48,116 nucleotides of DNA from an uncultured Collinsella sp. (GCA_902468695.1 CABQZS010000067.1:1-48116); one strand, 5' to 3'. Positions 29,501 through 40,213 are shown, counted from the stretch's first letter. The notes: generated by a model from the letters alone, not told the origin. Made by a program: numbers and translations.

Positions 29501-29595
29501 CCACGCGGAACTTGACCCATGCTGGCCACAATCGGTCGCAATCGCCCATCCGTAAATCCGTGACAAATGGCATGTCCCCGGCGCGCGCCACCGTG

Positions 29596-30900
29596 CTACT
29601 TGCGTAGCGGCTTGGGCAGCGGAATGCCGGCGGCGATGGCTGCGGCGATAATCATGCAGACGATGCCTTTGAGCGGGAAACACATGAGCAACAGGCCCAC
29701 GACCATAATGGGTTGGCGCATGACGGCGCCCATCGTCGATGCCGTGCAGACGGCGACGCAAAAGACCGGATCTGCGCCGGTGAGGATGGCAAGGCCATAG
29801 CCCAGGCTTACGCCCGAGAAGATAACCGGGAAGAAGTGGCCGCCACGCCAGCCCATATTGATGAGGGCGGGGGTCAGCATGGCCTTAACAAGACCGGTCG
29901 CGATAAGCACGCCAGCGGGAATGGTCAGGTAGGTTTCCATGAGCACGTCGGCCTGGGTCTCGCCGGCAAACATGGTATAGGGCAGGACCGTGCCACAGAT
30001 GGCGAGCGCCAGACCGGCCAGCATGGCCTTGACGACAGGACGCTCCCCTATTGCATGGGACAGTGCCTCGCTTGCGTGCTCAGAGACAAAGTACAGCCAG
30101 CCGCAGACGGTACCGACCAGTGCCAGGGGGATGAGCCAGGTAAGCTCCAGGTTGCCCACCTGGGCGGACTCGAACCTGGGCATGCCCATGCCGCCGCCCA
30201 TGAGCTGACCGAGCAGCAGATAGGTGCCCAGACCACCGGCAATCGCAATGCCGTAGACCACCGTCTTTTGCGCCTTGGGCAGCTTGATGGTGATCTCGCC
30301 GGACGCGGACTCATCGTCGGCGTCTTCGCCCTGGCCGTCAGTACTTCCGGCAAGCGGCGCCACAAAGCCAAAGACGGGCGCGGTAAAGAGTGCCGTCAGG
30401 GCAGCCTGGGTGCCCAGCAGCGTGAGCTCCCTAAACTCGGCGCCAAAGCGACGCATGCGATCGCCGACCCAGCTGCACAGACCCGCGATGACGCCGGTCA
30501 GGCCGGCCTCCGGTCCAATGCTGCCACCAAACAGCAGCGGCAACAGCGCGGCAAGCGACAGCTTGCCCAAATTGTCGTAGGGGTAGCGACCGTCTTGTTT
30601 GACCTTGGCCATGACCTGGTTGAGGCCGTCGGTCTTGGCGCCCGTCATCTTTTCGTACAGGCCAATCACCAAGCCGCCCAGCAGGCAGACAAAAAACGGG
30701 TATGGCAGAAAGCCAAACGGTCCGCTGGCAAGCTCGGGCGAAGCGACGCCCAGCGCGTGTGGAATCTCGGTCCACAGATAGTCGATACCGTGCTCCATCG
30801 CAAAGAAGAACAGCCAGACTGCGGCACCTGCGAACGCACCGGTCACGGCAACGCTAAGTAAAAACAGCGCGCGGTTTTTGGGTTTGGCAAGGTTATCCAT
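29596..30900 (-). CDS. Chloride channel (ClC) family protein
   Basis: GGSIGPEA and GWRGGHFFP signature motifs. Confidence 0.88.
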   Translation of the reverse strand: MDNLAKPKNRALFLLSVAVTGAFAGAAVWLFFFAMEHGIDYLWTEIPHALGVASPELASGPFGFLPYPFFVCLLGGLVIGLYEKMTGAKTDGLNQVMAKVKQDGRYPYDNLGKLSLAALLPLLFGGSIGPEAGLTGVIAGLCSWVGDRMRRFGAEFRELTLLGTQAALTALFTAPVFGFVAPLAGSTDGQGEDADDESASGEITIKLPKAQKTVVYGIAIAGGLGTYLLLGQLMGGGMGMPRFESAQVGNLELTWLIPLALVGTVCGWLYFVSEHASEALSHAIGERPVVKAMLAGLALAICGTVLPYTMFAGETQADVLMETYLTIPAGVLIATGLVKAMLTPALINMGWRGGHFFPVIFSGVSLGYGLAILTGADPVFCVAVCTASTMGAVMRQPIMVVGLLLMCFPLKGIVCMIIAAAIAAGIPLPKPLRK

Positions 30901-31025
30901 CGGGTCCTCCCGCGGTCAAAGTCGACATAGTTACGTTTTATTGTAGAGCGAGTGTGGCCCAGACAAGCCAACCGTCTGTGCCGCAAACGGCACCATTGGG
31001 AGTCATAGTGGGGCAGGCTCAAGAC

Positions 31026-31559
31026 TTATCCGTTGATAATCGAGGCAATCTCGCGCAAATCGTCGGCAAAGTAGATGCCGTGCTGTCGCCTCGGGCTCGA
31101 AAGCCCTTTATCAATCATGTGCCCGAGCAGCGCCTTGAGGTCGTTGTAGTAACCGTCCAGGTTATACAGGATGCACGGAGCGATCAGGTGCCCCAACGAC
31201 ACCGCGGACATGACCTCGGCAATCTCCTCGAGCGTGCCCGTCCCGCCGGGAAAGGCGATGAAGGCATCACCGAGCTCGATCATCTTGGCTTTGCGCTCGG
31301 CCATATCGCTCGTCACGATAAGGTCGTCGATACCGTCATGTTGAAACTCGGCCTCGATAAAAAAGCTCGGCTCAACACCCGTCACATGTCCGCCAGCATC
31401 GAGCACGCTATCGGCGAGCGCGCCCATCAGGCCCGATTTGGACCCGCCGTATACCAGCGCGTGCCCGTTGGAGCCAATCCAGTTGCCCAGCTCTTGCACC
31501 GCAAGCAAAAACGCCGGGTCATTGCTGGCACTGGCACCCAGGTACACGGTGATATTCAT
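31026..31559 (-). CDS. LOG family (TIGR00730-type) nucleotide phosphoribohydrolase
   Basis: LVYGG...GLMG, M.ERK..M, PGGTGTLEE. Confidence 0.9.
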   Translation of the reverse strand: MNITVYLGASASNDPAFLLAVQELGNWIGSNGHALVYGGSKSGLMGALADSVLDAGGHVTGVEPSFFIEAEFQHDGIDDLIVTSDMAERKAKMIELGDAFIAFPGGTGTLEEIAEVMSAVSLGHLIAPCILYNLDGYYNDLKALLGHMIDKGLSSPRRQHGIYFADDLREIASIING

Positions 31560-31595
31560 ATTCAGTCCCCCTCATCGTGATGCGCGGCGCCCGCT

Positions 31596-32021
31596 CTAGC
31601 GTTGGCGGCGCCGATATTCGCGCACGCGGCGCGACAGATCGGCGAGCTGGTCGCGATCGAGCTCTTCCAAATGCTCAAGATCGTCCATAAAGCGCGCCAT
31701 GGTGTCCTTTTGACGCATCTTGATGAGCGTATTGCAGTAGTTCACCGCCACGCCCGTGAGCATGGCGATGTAGAAGATGCTGATGACGCTCAAGACGACG
31801 GTAATGGCGCGGGCAACCGGTGTCTCGGCCGGAATATCGCCAAAGCCGATGGTCGAGACCGTCTCAAAGCTAAACCACAGGCCATCGCCAAACGTGAGGG
31901 TCGTGGGCTCGGACAGCCAGACAGCCGTCGAGCACAGCAGATAGAAGATAAGAAACAGACCCGTGATGCGCGCAAAGCCAGCCTGGCGCAACACGTCGGC
32001 AAGCGTCTTGAGCTTTTTCAT
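31596..32021 (-). CDS. Two-TM potassium channel (KcsA-like)
   Basis: Selectivity filter STIGFGD between two TM helices. Confidence 0.88.
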   Translation of the reverse strand: MKKLKTLADVLRQAGFARITGLFLIFYLLCSTAVWLSEPTTLTFGDGLWFSFETVSTIGFGDIPAETPVARAITVVLSVISIFYIAMLTGVAVNYCNTLIKMRQKDTMARFMDDLEHLEELDRDQLADLSRRVREYRRRQR

Positions 32022-32089
32022 CGCGACCCTTTCCACGGACAACCAATCACATTCGCTCGGTATTGTCCCACGCCTCCCCCGCAAACGGA

Positions 32090-32197
32090 ACTAGTCATTG
32101 GGGACGTTCTTAAACTAGTCATTGGGGACGTTCTTAAATGACTAGTCAAACAAGAACGTCCCCAATGACTAGCCGTTTAAGAACGTCCCCAATGACT
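32090..32197. repeat. Family B REP-like cluster (2 direct + 2 inverted units)
   Basis: ACTAGTCATTGGGGACGTTCTTAA x2 (32090, 32114), then AAGAACGTCCCCAATGACT x2. Confidence 0.85.
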
Positions 32198-32283
32198 GCC
32201 GGGCGGGACCGTTTAGCGGTGCAGCTGCCGACTGGGCAGGCTGAGCTGGTATCCTTATGCGGTAATGTCTCGATTCGTTAGGA

Positions 32284-35094
32284 TTGCATGTGAGAGCTTC
32301 CGCTGTCCTTCGTTCAGTTATATATCGCACCCTGGCCGTCGCGCTTGCCGCACTCGCCATACTGAGCACCATCATGCCCGCCCCCGCCTATGCCGCCAAT
32401 ACCGATCAGCAGGTCAAAACGGTCCGCGTTGGTTGGCTCGTCAACAACGAGGGCTTCCAGGACGGCACCCCCGGCGAGCGTCTCTCGGGATGGGGCTACG
32501 AGTACCTCCAGACCCTCTCGTACTACACACCCGGCTGGCAGTACGAATACGTCTCCGGCACCTTCACCGAGCTTATGGAGAAGCTCGAAGCCGGCGAGAT
32601 TGACCTCATGCCAAACATCTCCTACTCCGAAGAACGCGCCCAAAAACTGCTCTTCTCATCGAACCCCGAGGGCACCGAGCGCTACTACATCTATGCCAGG
32701 CCCGAGCGCGACGATCTGGCCAAGGGTGACCCCCGAGCGCTCCAAGGCCTTACCATCGGCTGCAACCCCGGCGTTATGCAAACCCTCGTTGGCCAGCAAT
32801 GGCTCGCCAACGAAGGAATCGCCTGCACATACAAGGAGTATGACGGAAACTCCGTTCTCTTTGATGCGCTGGCAAACGGCGAGGTCGATGCCGTCATCAT
32901 GAACGACACGACCTCGTCGCCCAGTGCCTCCCCCATGTTCTACATTGGGTCGAGCGACTACTATTTTGCCGTCCCCAAAAGCCGCCCCGACCTGATGGAC
33001 GACATCAATGCCGCCATGACAGCAATCGCCCGCGTCAACCCACGCTATAACGACGAAGTCAAATCTCACTACTCGGCCCAAAACAGCGGTTCATCATCGC
33101 TCAACGGCCCCGAATGTTCCTGGCTCAAAGCAAACAACAACACCATCACGCTCGGCTACATTACGGGCAAACTCCCCTACTGCAACGAAGACGAAAACGG
33201 CGAAATGGAAGGCTCGCTCGCATCGCTTGCGACGACGCTACACGATAAATTTGGCATTACGGTCAAAACCGTCGCCTTTGATAGCTACAAGATGATGTCA
33301 AAGGCCCTGTCAGAGGGAAGCATAGACGTTGCGCTGCCGGCATACCGAGATTACTGGTTTGCCGAGCAATCAGGCGTTGTGCAGTCGGTATCGTTGGGGA
33401 CCATGTCCCTCACCGCCATCCACACCGGCAGTAACCTGAAAAAAGACCTTCAGAACATCGCCTGTACCAAATCATCGTTTGTCAACCGAAATGCACTTGA
33501 AAGTCTATTCCCCACAGCGACCGTAACCGAATACCAATCCGACGATGAAGCGTTCGACGCCCTCAGGAAGGGAACGGCGCGCTGCATCGTCGCTCCCAGT
33601 TCACGCGTAAAAACCATCGGTGACCGTTATGATCTCGAGGACTGCGAGACGGTCGAGCTCCCTGACACCTGTGACCTCGCGTGCTTGATGTCGCGCGGCA
33701 AGCCCGAACTGCTGGGAATCATCAACAAGGGCATCATCAATGCCGGAGAATCGCTCTCCGCAAGTAATTACTCCTCCACGTCGTACACGGCCCAGGAATC
33801 CAACACGCTTCAATTCCTTTATCGCAACCGCACCGCCATTGCAGCTACCCTCATCGGTATGTTGTCGGTCGGCATCGTCCTGCTCATCTGGGCGCTCGTG
33901 CGCGCTCGAACCGAGCGCAAAAAAGCCGATGCTGCCAACGCCGCTAAGACGGCATTCCTCACGCGCATGAGCCACGACATCCGTACGCCGCTCAACGGTA
34001 TCCTGGGCCTTATCGAGATCGAGGAATTGAAGGAAGGCGATATGCAAGTCGCCCGCGAGAGCCGTGCCAAGGCGCGCGTTGCCGCCAATCACCTGCTCTC
34101 GCTGATCAACGACATCCTCGAGATGGGCAAAATCGAAGACCGCAAGCTAACACTGGAGCATGCGCCTTTTAACCTCAAAGAGCTCTGTGACGATACGCTG
34201 GTGCTGTGCAAGCTCCGCGCGTCCAGTAACGGCATCACAATGCAGGACAATAGTCTGCCGTACGCCACGGGGCCATACATGATCGGCAGTCCCACCCATA
34301 TCCGACAGATCATGATCAACCTGTTAGACAACAGCATTAAGTACAACAAGCACGGCGGCTCCGTCACCTTTAGTTCAAAGACCAAGCCACTCGATAACGG
34401 GCGCGCGCTCCTTTGCTTTAGCGTTTCGGATACCGGCATTGGCATGGCTCCCGAGTTTTTAAAGCATATCTATGAGCCGTTTGCCCAGGAAGGTGACGAT
34501 GCGCGCAGCAAGTTCCAAGGAGCCGGCATGGGCATGCCAATCGTCAAGTCGCTTATTGAACTGATGGGCGGCACCATCGAAGTCACCAGCGAACTCCATG
34601 TGGGCACCACGTTCTACGTGGAAATTCCGCTCGATATCGACAAGAACCCCCAGACGCGGGCGAATACGGTCGAGAGGGTGCTCGACTGCTCGCTCGCCGA
34701 CATGAACGTGCTGCTCGCCGAAGACAACGAATTGAATGCCGAGATTGCCCAGACGCTGCTAGAATCCGAGGGCGTCGTGGTCACCCGTGCCGTCAACGGC
34801 AACGAAGTCGTCGATCTGTACCTGTCTCATCCCGCCGGCAGCTTCGATGCGATCCTGATGGACATCATGATGCCGGGCATGGACGGCTATGAGGCAACCC
34901 GCGCGATTCGCCTGAGCAAGAAGGCCGATGCAGCCGATATCCCCATCATCGCGCTCACCGCCAATGCCTTTGCCGAGGACGCCAAGGCGGCACACGACGC
35001 CGGCATGAACGCCCACCTGTCCAAACCGCTCGACTTTAACAAGCTCAAAAACATACTCGCCCGCATCAAGAAAAACGGATCCGTTTCGCTATAG
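32284..35094 (+). CDS. Hybrid sensor histidine kinase with two periplasmic substrate-binding domains and a receiver domain (start uncertain)
   Basis: Signal peptide, PBP-type domains, MSHDIRTPLNG H-box, NLLDNSIKY, DTGIGM, receiver AEDN...MDIMMP. Confidence 0.92.
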   Translation: MHVRASAVLRSVIYRTLAVALAALAILSTIMPAPAYAANTDQQVKTVRVGWLVNNEGFQDGTPGERLSGWGYEYLQTLSYYTPGWQYEYVSGTFTELMEKLEAGEIDLMPNISYSEERAQKLLFSSNPEGTERYYIYARPERDDLAKGDPRALQGLTIGCNPGVMQTLVGQQWLANEGIACTYKEYDGNSVLFDALANGEVDAVIMNDTTSSPSASPMFYIGSSDYYFAVPKSRPDLMDDINAAMTAIARVNPRYNDEVKSHYSAQNSGSSSLNGPECSWLKANNNTITLGYITGKLPYCNEDENGEMEGSLASLATTLHDKFGITVKTVAFDSYKMMSKALSEGSIDVALPAYRDYWFAEQSGVVQSVSLGTMSLTAIHTGSNLKKDLQNIACTKSSFVNRNALESLFPTATVTEYQSDDEAFDALRKGTARCIVAPSSRVKTIGDRYDLEDCETVELPDTCDLACLMSRGKPELLGIINKGIINAGESLSASNYSSTSYTAQESNTLQFLYRNRTAIAATLIGMLSVGIVLLIWALVRARTERKKADAANAAKTAFLTRMSHDIRTPLNGILGLIEIEELKEGDMQVARESRAKARVAANHLLSLINDILEMGKIEDRKLTLEHAPFNLKELCDDTLVLCKLRASSNGITMQDNSLPYATGPYMIGSPTHIRQIMINLLDNSIKYNKHGGSVTFSSKTKPLDNGRALLCFSVSDTGIGMAPEFLKHIYEPFAQEGDDARSKFQGAGMGMPIVKSLIELMGGTIEVTSELHVGTTFYVEIPLDIDKNPQTRANTVERVLDCSLADMNVLLAEDNELNAEIAQTLLESEGVVVTRAVNGNEVVDLYLSHPAGSFDAILMDIMMPGMDGYEATRAIRLSKKADAADIPIIALTANAFAEDAKAAHDAGMNAHLSKPLDFNKLKNILARIKKNGSVSL

Positions 35095-35136
35095 TTTGTG
35101 CTCAACCACCACGCACGACCAGAAAGGAAGCCAACG

Positions 35137-35616
35137 ATGTTTAGGCCCTTACGTCAAAAGAAGCGCGCCATCACCGACGAAGAAGCGCGCGAACTGCTCG
35201 CTACCTGCAAGCGCGGCGTCTTTGCCGTCAACGGCGACGATGGCTACCCGTACGCCATTCCCGTCAACTACTTCTTTGACGCCGAGCACGACAAGATTTA
35301 TTTCCATGGCGCCAAAGCCGGCCACAAGGTCGACGCACTCAAGCGCGATGACAAGGTCTGCTTTACCGTTTACGGCAACGAGTGGCACAAGGACGGTGAC
35401 TGGGCTCCCTACGTTATGAGCACCGTGGTCTTTGGCCGCTGTCGCCTGGCGAACGACACTCCCGCGTTTATCGAAGACAAAGTCCGCCAGCTCGCCCTTA
35501 AGTACTACCCTTCCGCCGAGGAAGTCGAAGAGGAGATCGCCAAGGACATTAAGGGCGTCCAGCTCTACGAGATTACGATTGAGCATCTTTGCGGTAAGCA
35601 GATTCACGAGAAGTAG
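35137..35616 (+). CDS. Pyridoxamine 5'-phosphate oxidase-like (NimA-like) flavin-binding protein
   Basis: GYPYAIPVNY, IYFHGA..GHK.D....DKVCFTV, SxVVFG. Confidence 0.88.
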   Translation: MFRPLRQKKRAITDEEARELLATCKRGVFAVNGDDGYPYAIPVNYFFDAEHDKIYFHGAKAGHKVDALKRDDKVCFTVYGNEWHKDGDWAPYVMSTVVFGRCRLANDTPAFIEDKVRQLALKYYPSAEEVEEEIAKDIKGVQLYEITIEHLCGKQIHEK

Positions 35617-35644
35617 GGTTCAGGCAAGCCCTTCAAAACAAATA

Positions 35645-35680
35645 ATGGCCCGGTTCCAACCTACGTTGAAACCGGGCCAT
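35645..35680. terminator. Terminator between convergent genes
   Basis: ATGGCCCGGTT.CAAC ... GTTG.AACCGGGCCAT. Confidence 0.75.
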
Positions 35681-35684
35681 ATGC

Positions 35685-37877
35685 TTATGAAGCGTCGGCG
35701 GCGATGTGCGCCAGCGCCTCGACGAGCTCTTGCGAGCTCACTGGCTTGCTCAGGTGCGCGTTCATGCCCGCCTCACGCGAAAGCCTGCGGTCGTCGGCAA
35801 AGGCGTTGGCGCTCACGGCAATAATCGGCGTGGTCGCGGCATCCTCGCGATCGAGCGCTCGAATCTGACGCGTGGCCTCAAGGCCATCGATGCCAGGCAT
35901 CATGATGTCCATCAACACCACGTCGTACTCGTGCGACGCGCTCGCGGCAAACGCCTCAACGGCAGACTCGCCATCCTTAGCATGTGTCACGACGGCACCG
36001 GCACGGCTGAGCGTAAACTGCGCGATCTCGGCGTTCAGATCGTTATCCTCTACGAGCAAGACGCGCAAGCCCTGGAGTGCATCACCATCGCCCGCATCCA
36101 CGCGAACGGCCTGGGGAATCTCGGAGCATTTGCATTTCTCGAACGGCAGACGGATGGTAAACGTCGTCCCCTGCCCCAAGACACTCGTAAAGCTCATGGT
36201 TCCGCCCATAAGCTCGACCAACTGTTTTGCGATAGGCGCACCCAGGCCAGTTCCCGATGAAGCGCCTTCCGTCTGTTGCTCCTCACGACAAAACGGCTCA
36301 TAGAGGCGCTGTTGGAACTCCTCGCTCATGCCAATACCGTTGTCGGCGATCGTGTATTCATAGACGGGGACCCCATCCGCTGGCTCCACCTCGCGGCACA
36401 CCAGGCGAACATAGCCGCTCTGGCGGTTGTACTTGACGGCATTGCCGGCAATATTGAGTAACAAGCGCTTGAGGTGCGTCACGCTCACCCGAGCATAGGG
36501 ATGAACAAGGGCTCGTTGGTCACAAATAATTGTGACTAGACGCTCCTCGGCCTGGCGCTCCAGAATATCGCACACCTCGCGATTGAGGGTCACCAAATTT
36601 GTGGGCACGAGTTCCAAGTCAATCTGCCCGCTCTCCAGGCGACTCATATCGAGTGCCTCGTTGGCAAGGTCGAGCAGCAGTCCCGATGCCGTCCAGATCT
36701 TTGAGCGACACTCGGTCTGCTTTTGCAGATCGTCCGCATTGGCATCGCCGACCTCGACCATACCGCGAATGCCGTTGATGGGCGTGCGCAGATCGTGGCT
36801 CATGCGACGCAAAAACTCCGTCTTTGCCGAGTTGGCAGACGAGGCCTCACGCGCTGCCTTTGCCAGTTTGTCGCCATAGTCGCGCTCCTGCTGCAGCAAG
36901 TCCGTCAAACGTCGACGATCAGCGCGGCGACGCACCATCACAACAACGGCTATAACACCGCTGTAGAGCACCAGCACGCCGGCAGCAACAGCCGCGACGA
37001 CCTCAAAGTAGCGCCGCGCCGAGGCATAGGTGTACACGTAGAACCCGCGCGCTTTTCCAAATGTGCCCAAATACCACTCGCCGCTGGCGTTGACCAGTCG
37101 GACTTTGCCGGGCAGGCATCGATCCTTAATACCGTCGACAATAAAGACATCCGTTGCAGGCAGATTGAATACGCCCAATATGGTGGGTTCAACGGCATTG
37201 GTCGCAACGACCTTGCCATCGCTTTCGATCACGATATTGCCACTGTCGATGGTCTCATAACCACCGAGCAGGCTCTGCAGTTTGAGCGTATTGCTTGCAA
37301 CTGCCTTCGCGCTCTGATGCCTTACTGCGACAACGATGCCCTCGTCATCCTGCCGGGTTACGCAGCCAATGTCTGCGACCGAATCATCCGAAAGCGTAAT
37401 GCGGGCGGTATAGGACTTAAGCGGATGGGCTGCCACCTCCAGCACGGGTGCTTCCTTGAGATACGTAGCGAGCGACTCGTAGCCCACGCCATCCGTCGAG
37501 GACTCGGACACCAAATTGCCCGATGCGTCCGTCACGATCAGTGCACTCACGTTGAACTGGTCGGCATATTGCTCCAGCATGGCGTTATCCACCGAACCGT
37601 CGCGCTCCATATCGCGCGCTGTCTCTCCGGCGATCTCCATAACGCGAATCAGGTTTTTGGTCGTATAGGCGCTATTGAATGCATCGTAGGAAAGGCTCTG
37701 CGTCGCCACGTAATCGACAACGTCGGCAAAGCGCTGCTCGGCTTGGGCCGTCGTGTAACCGTAGCTCATCATGCCGGCAACAACCGAGAGCGCTATCCCC
37801 AGCAGAGCGACAAGGAGCCATGCCCCTGCCGAACGATTGCCCCGCTCCTGAGCGGCGTGGTCGGGCGCATCGATCAT
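35685..37877 (-). CDS. Hybrid sensor histidine kinase/receiver
   Basis: Two TM segments, MSHDLRTPING, NIAGNAVKY, DNGIGM, GTGLG, receiver MDIMMP. Confidence 0.93.
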   Translation of the reverse strand: MIDAPDHAAQERGNRSAGAWLLVALLGIALSVVAGMMSYGYTTAQAEQRFADVVDYVATQSLSYDAFNSAYTTKNLIRVMEIAGETARDMERDGSVDNAMLEQYADQFNVSALIVTDASGNLVSESSTDGVGYESLATYLKEAPVLEVAAHPLKSYTARITLSDDSVADIGCVTRQDDEGIVVAVRHQSAKAVASNTLKLQSLLGGYETIDSGNIVIESDGKVVATNAVEPTILGVFNLPATDVFIVDGIKDRCLPGKVRLVNASGEWYLGTFGKARGFYVYTYASARRYFEVVAAVAAGVLVLYSGVIAVVVMVRRRADRRRLTDLLQQERDYGDKLAKAAREASSANSAKTEFLRRMSHDLRTPINGIRGMVEVGDANADDLQKQTECRSKIWTASGLLLDLANEALDMSRLESGQIDLELVPTNLVTLNREVCDILERQAEERLVTIICDQRALVHPYARVSVTHLKRLLLNIAGNAVKYNRQSGYVRLVCREVEPADGVPVYEYTIADNGIGMSEEFQQRLYEPFCREEQQTEGASSGTGLGAPIAKQLVELMGGTMSFTSVLGQGTTFTIRLPFEKCKCSEIPQAVRVDAGDGDALQGLRVLLVEDNDLNAEIAQFTLSRAGAVVTHAKDGESAVEAFAASASHEYDVVLMDIMMPGIDGLEATRQIRALDREDAATTPIIAVSANAFADDRRLSREAGMNAHLSKPVSSQELVEALAHIAADAS

Positions 37878-38743
37878 GACAGGCCCTCCATATTCAAAAA
37901 TGGCGAAGGGTCATCAAAGTACTTTGACACCAGACGCTCCATGGTGCCATCGGCAAGCATTTCTTGGTAGGCATGGGTGAGTTTGACGTCGATGCCACGC
38001 GTATCGTTGATATCGAAAGCGGTGCCCAAACCAACCTCTAGCAGCGGCTCATCCAGAATGCGATACGTTACGCCATAGTCTTTTTCGTAGGTGAGCAGCG
38101 AGGACTCATGCGCGGCGATAGCGTCGACCAGACCCTCGACGAGCGCCGGGTTCAGATATGAACGGTCCGAGAAGCTGTAGAGCTCCTTGATCTGCGGAAC
38201 ATTTTCATTTGCGCGATTGAGCAAAATGTCCTCGGGCTTGGTGGTGGACTGGACCGCCACGACCTTATCCTCAAGATCGGCAAGCGTGTAGATATCGCTC
38301 TGGGGATCGACCGCGACTACCTGGCGGCTCGCAAGGTACGGGCCGGCCCAACGATATTCGTCTTCGCGACCCGTCATGCTAAAGCTGCCCATGACACAAT
38401 CGAGCTCGCCGCTCGCCAGCAGTTCTTTCTTCTTTTCCCAATCGATCAGCTGGTACTTTGGCTTGTAACCAATGCGGGCCAAAGCCTCGGTCAATATCTC
38501 GACATCCAGGCCAACGATATCGCCGTACTCGTCGGTATACACAAACGGTGGATAGAGGTCGCTGCCGACGTTGAGCGTCTTAAGGTTGTCGTCTTTGGCC
38601 TGCGAGGCGTCCAGGCCTTCTAATGCAGACGTCGAGGCCCTGCCATTCGACCCGGAACAGCCAGCCATCGCTACGACAAAGGCGCACGCTACCGCAAGCG
38701 CGACAAACAACGATATGGCAACCGAGCGGCGAGGTCTTTTCAT
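37874..38743 (-). CDS. Amino-acid-type substrate-binding lipoprotein (family 3)
   Basis: Lipobox MAGC, YPPF...G.DV, W......L.SGELD; ATGA overlap with the kinase. Confidence 0.88.
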   Translation of the reverse strand: MKRPRRSVAISLFVALAVACAFVVAMAGCSGSNGRASTSALEGLDASQAKDDNLKTLNVGSDLYPPFVYTDEYGDIVGLDVEILTEALARIGYKPKYQLIDWEKKKELLASGELDCVMGSFSMTGREDEYRWAGPYLASRQVVAVDPQSDIYTLADLEDKVVAVQSTTKPEDILLNRANENVPQIKELYSFSDRSYLNPALVEGLVDAIAAHESSLLTYEKDYGVTYRILDEPLLEVGLGTAFDINDTRGIDVKLTHAYQEMLADGTMERLVSKYFDDPSPFLNMEGLS

Positions 38744-38887
38744 CGAGCTCCAGAAGATCCTGTTTACTGACTGAAATGGTAAAAAATAATAGCAAACAAA
38801 ACCACACGAGTGCCCAATGGTTGCAGACGTTTTACCATGCGGGGCCTTTTAGCCGACTTGGCAGAAGGCCCCGCATGCAGTGCTCAC

Positions 38888-40102
38888 TTACCGTGCATTA
38901 AAAACGTAGCGGTCCAGGCGGTCGCACGCCTCCCTTACGCGCGAAAGCGGCAGCGCCAGATTCACACGAATGTGGCAGGGTCCGTGAAACGGGCGGCCGT
39001 CCTGATACCCCACGCCCACGCGCGCCCCCTCGTCGAGCAACCACTGAATATCGCGGCCATGCTCGCGGCACCACTCGGTGCAGTCCAGAAACACCATGTA
39101 CGTGCCCTGCGGACGTGAATAGGACACGCCCTCAAAATGCTCGTCCACGTAATTGCAGAAGCACTCGATACTACCGGCAAGCACCTGGTTGAGCTCGTCC
39201 ACCCACTCGTAGCCTTGCGGCTGATAGGCACCGATAAGTGCATGCATGGAGAGGACGTTCATCTCGTTGTAGTGAGTCTTGTTGGACACGGCGCACACGC
39301 GGTCGCGCAGCGTCTCGTTATAGATGATGTGATAGCTGCCGACCAGGCCCGCCAGGTTGAACGTCTTGCTCGGCGCGTAGAGGGCAACCGTGCGCATGCG
39401 GGCATCCTCGCTCACCGACTGCGTCGGGATATGTTTGTGTCCCGGCAGGATGATATCGGACCAAATCTCGTCCGAGATCACCACGCAATCGTGCTGGCGA
39501 TAAATGTCCATGGCGCGCTCAATCTCGCCGCGCTCCCATACGCGGCCGCAGGGATTGTGCGGTGAGCAGAACACCGCAGCATGAATGTGGTTTTGGGCGA
39601 GTTTGCACTCCATGTCCTCAAAGTCCATGCGCCACACGCCCTGGTCGTCGAGTTTAAGCGGGCTGTGGACAATGCGATAGCCCGCGGCCTCAATGGACTT
39701 GGTAAAGCCGATGTAGGTAGGGCTGTGGACCAGCACCGCATCGCCCGGCTGAACATACGCGCGCAACGTCGACACGACGCCGCCCAGCACGCCATTTTCG
39801 TAGCCGATATGCTCAGGGCGCAGGCCCTCGACGCCATTACGGCGGCTCTGCCATTCGATGATGCGGTCGAAGTACTCGGCGCGCGGATTGAAATAGCCAA
39901 ACATGGGGTGCTGGGCACGCTGAATGATGTGTTCCTGGACCGTGGGCACCGTGGCAAAATTCATGTCGGCCACCCACATGGGAATGCGGTCGAAGCCCTC
40001 GTCGGGTGCGTTCGGAGCCATACCGGGGATCTCGCCCCAGGAGTCAACGGCGATGGAGTCCATGCCGTGGCGGTCGATAAGCGAGCTAAAGTCATATTTC
40101 AT
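38888..40102 (-). CDS. PatB/MalY-type PLP-dependent C-S lyase/aminotransferase
   Basis: PMWVADMNF, CSPHNPCGRVW, SDEIWSD, SKTFNLAG. Confidence 0.92.
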   Translation of the reverse strand: MKYDFSSLIDRHGMDSIAVDSWGEIPGMAPNAPDEGFDRIPMWVADMNFATVPTVQEHIIQRAQHPMFGYFNPRAEYFDRIIEWQSRRNGVEGLRPEHIGYENGVLGGVVSTLRAYVQPGDAVLVHSPTYIGFTKSIEAAGYRIVHSPLKLDDQGVWRMDFEDMECKLAQNHIHAAVFCSPHNPCGRVWERGEIERAMDIYRQHDCVVISDEIWSDIILPGHKHIPTQSVSEDARMRTVALYAPSKTFNLAGLVGSYHIIYNETLRDRVCAVSNKTHYNEMNVLSMHALIGAYQPQGYEWVDELNQVLAGSIECFCNYVDEHFEGVSYSRPQGTYMVFLDCTEWCREHGRDIQWLLDEGARVGVGYQDGRPFHGPCHIRVNLALPLSRVREACDRLDRYVFNAR

Positions 40103-40213
40103 GCTGAGCCCCCGTACAAAGTGATTGTTTTGGTAGGCGTTATTGTCCACCAGCGTGGGCGGTTTTGGCGCGGAGTTTGGCGCTTAATTTGACGGGTGCG
40201 GACGAATGGCTGG

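Noticed and set aside
32090..32137. Tandem 24-bp repeats as a CRISPR array
   Set aside because: The units abut with no spacers, are followed by inverted copies, and no cas genes are present.
35137..35616. Nitroimidazole-resistance nim gene
   Set aside because: Same fold family, but such homologs are widespread; resistance cannot be supported from sequence alone.
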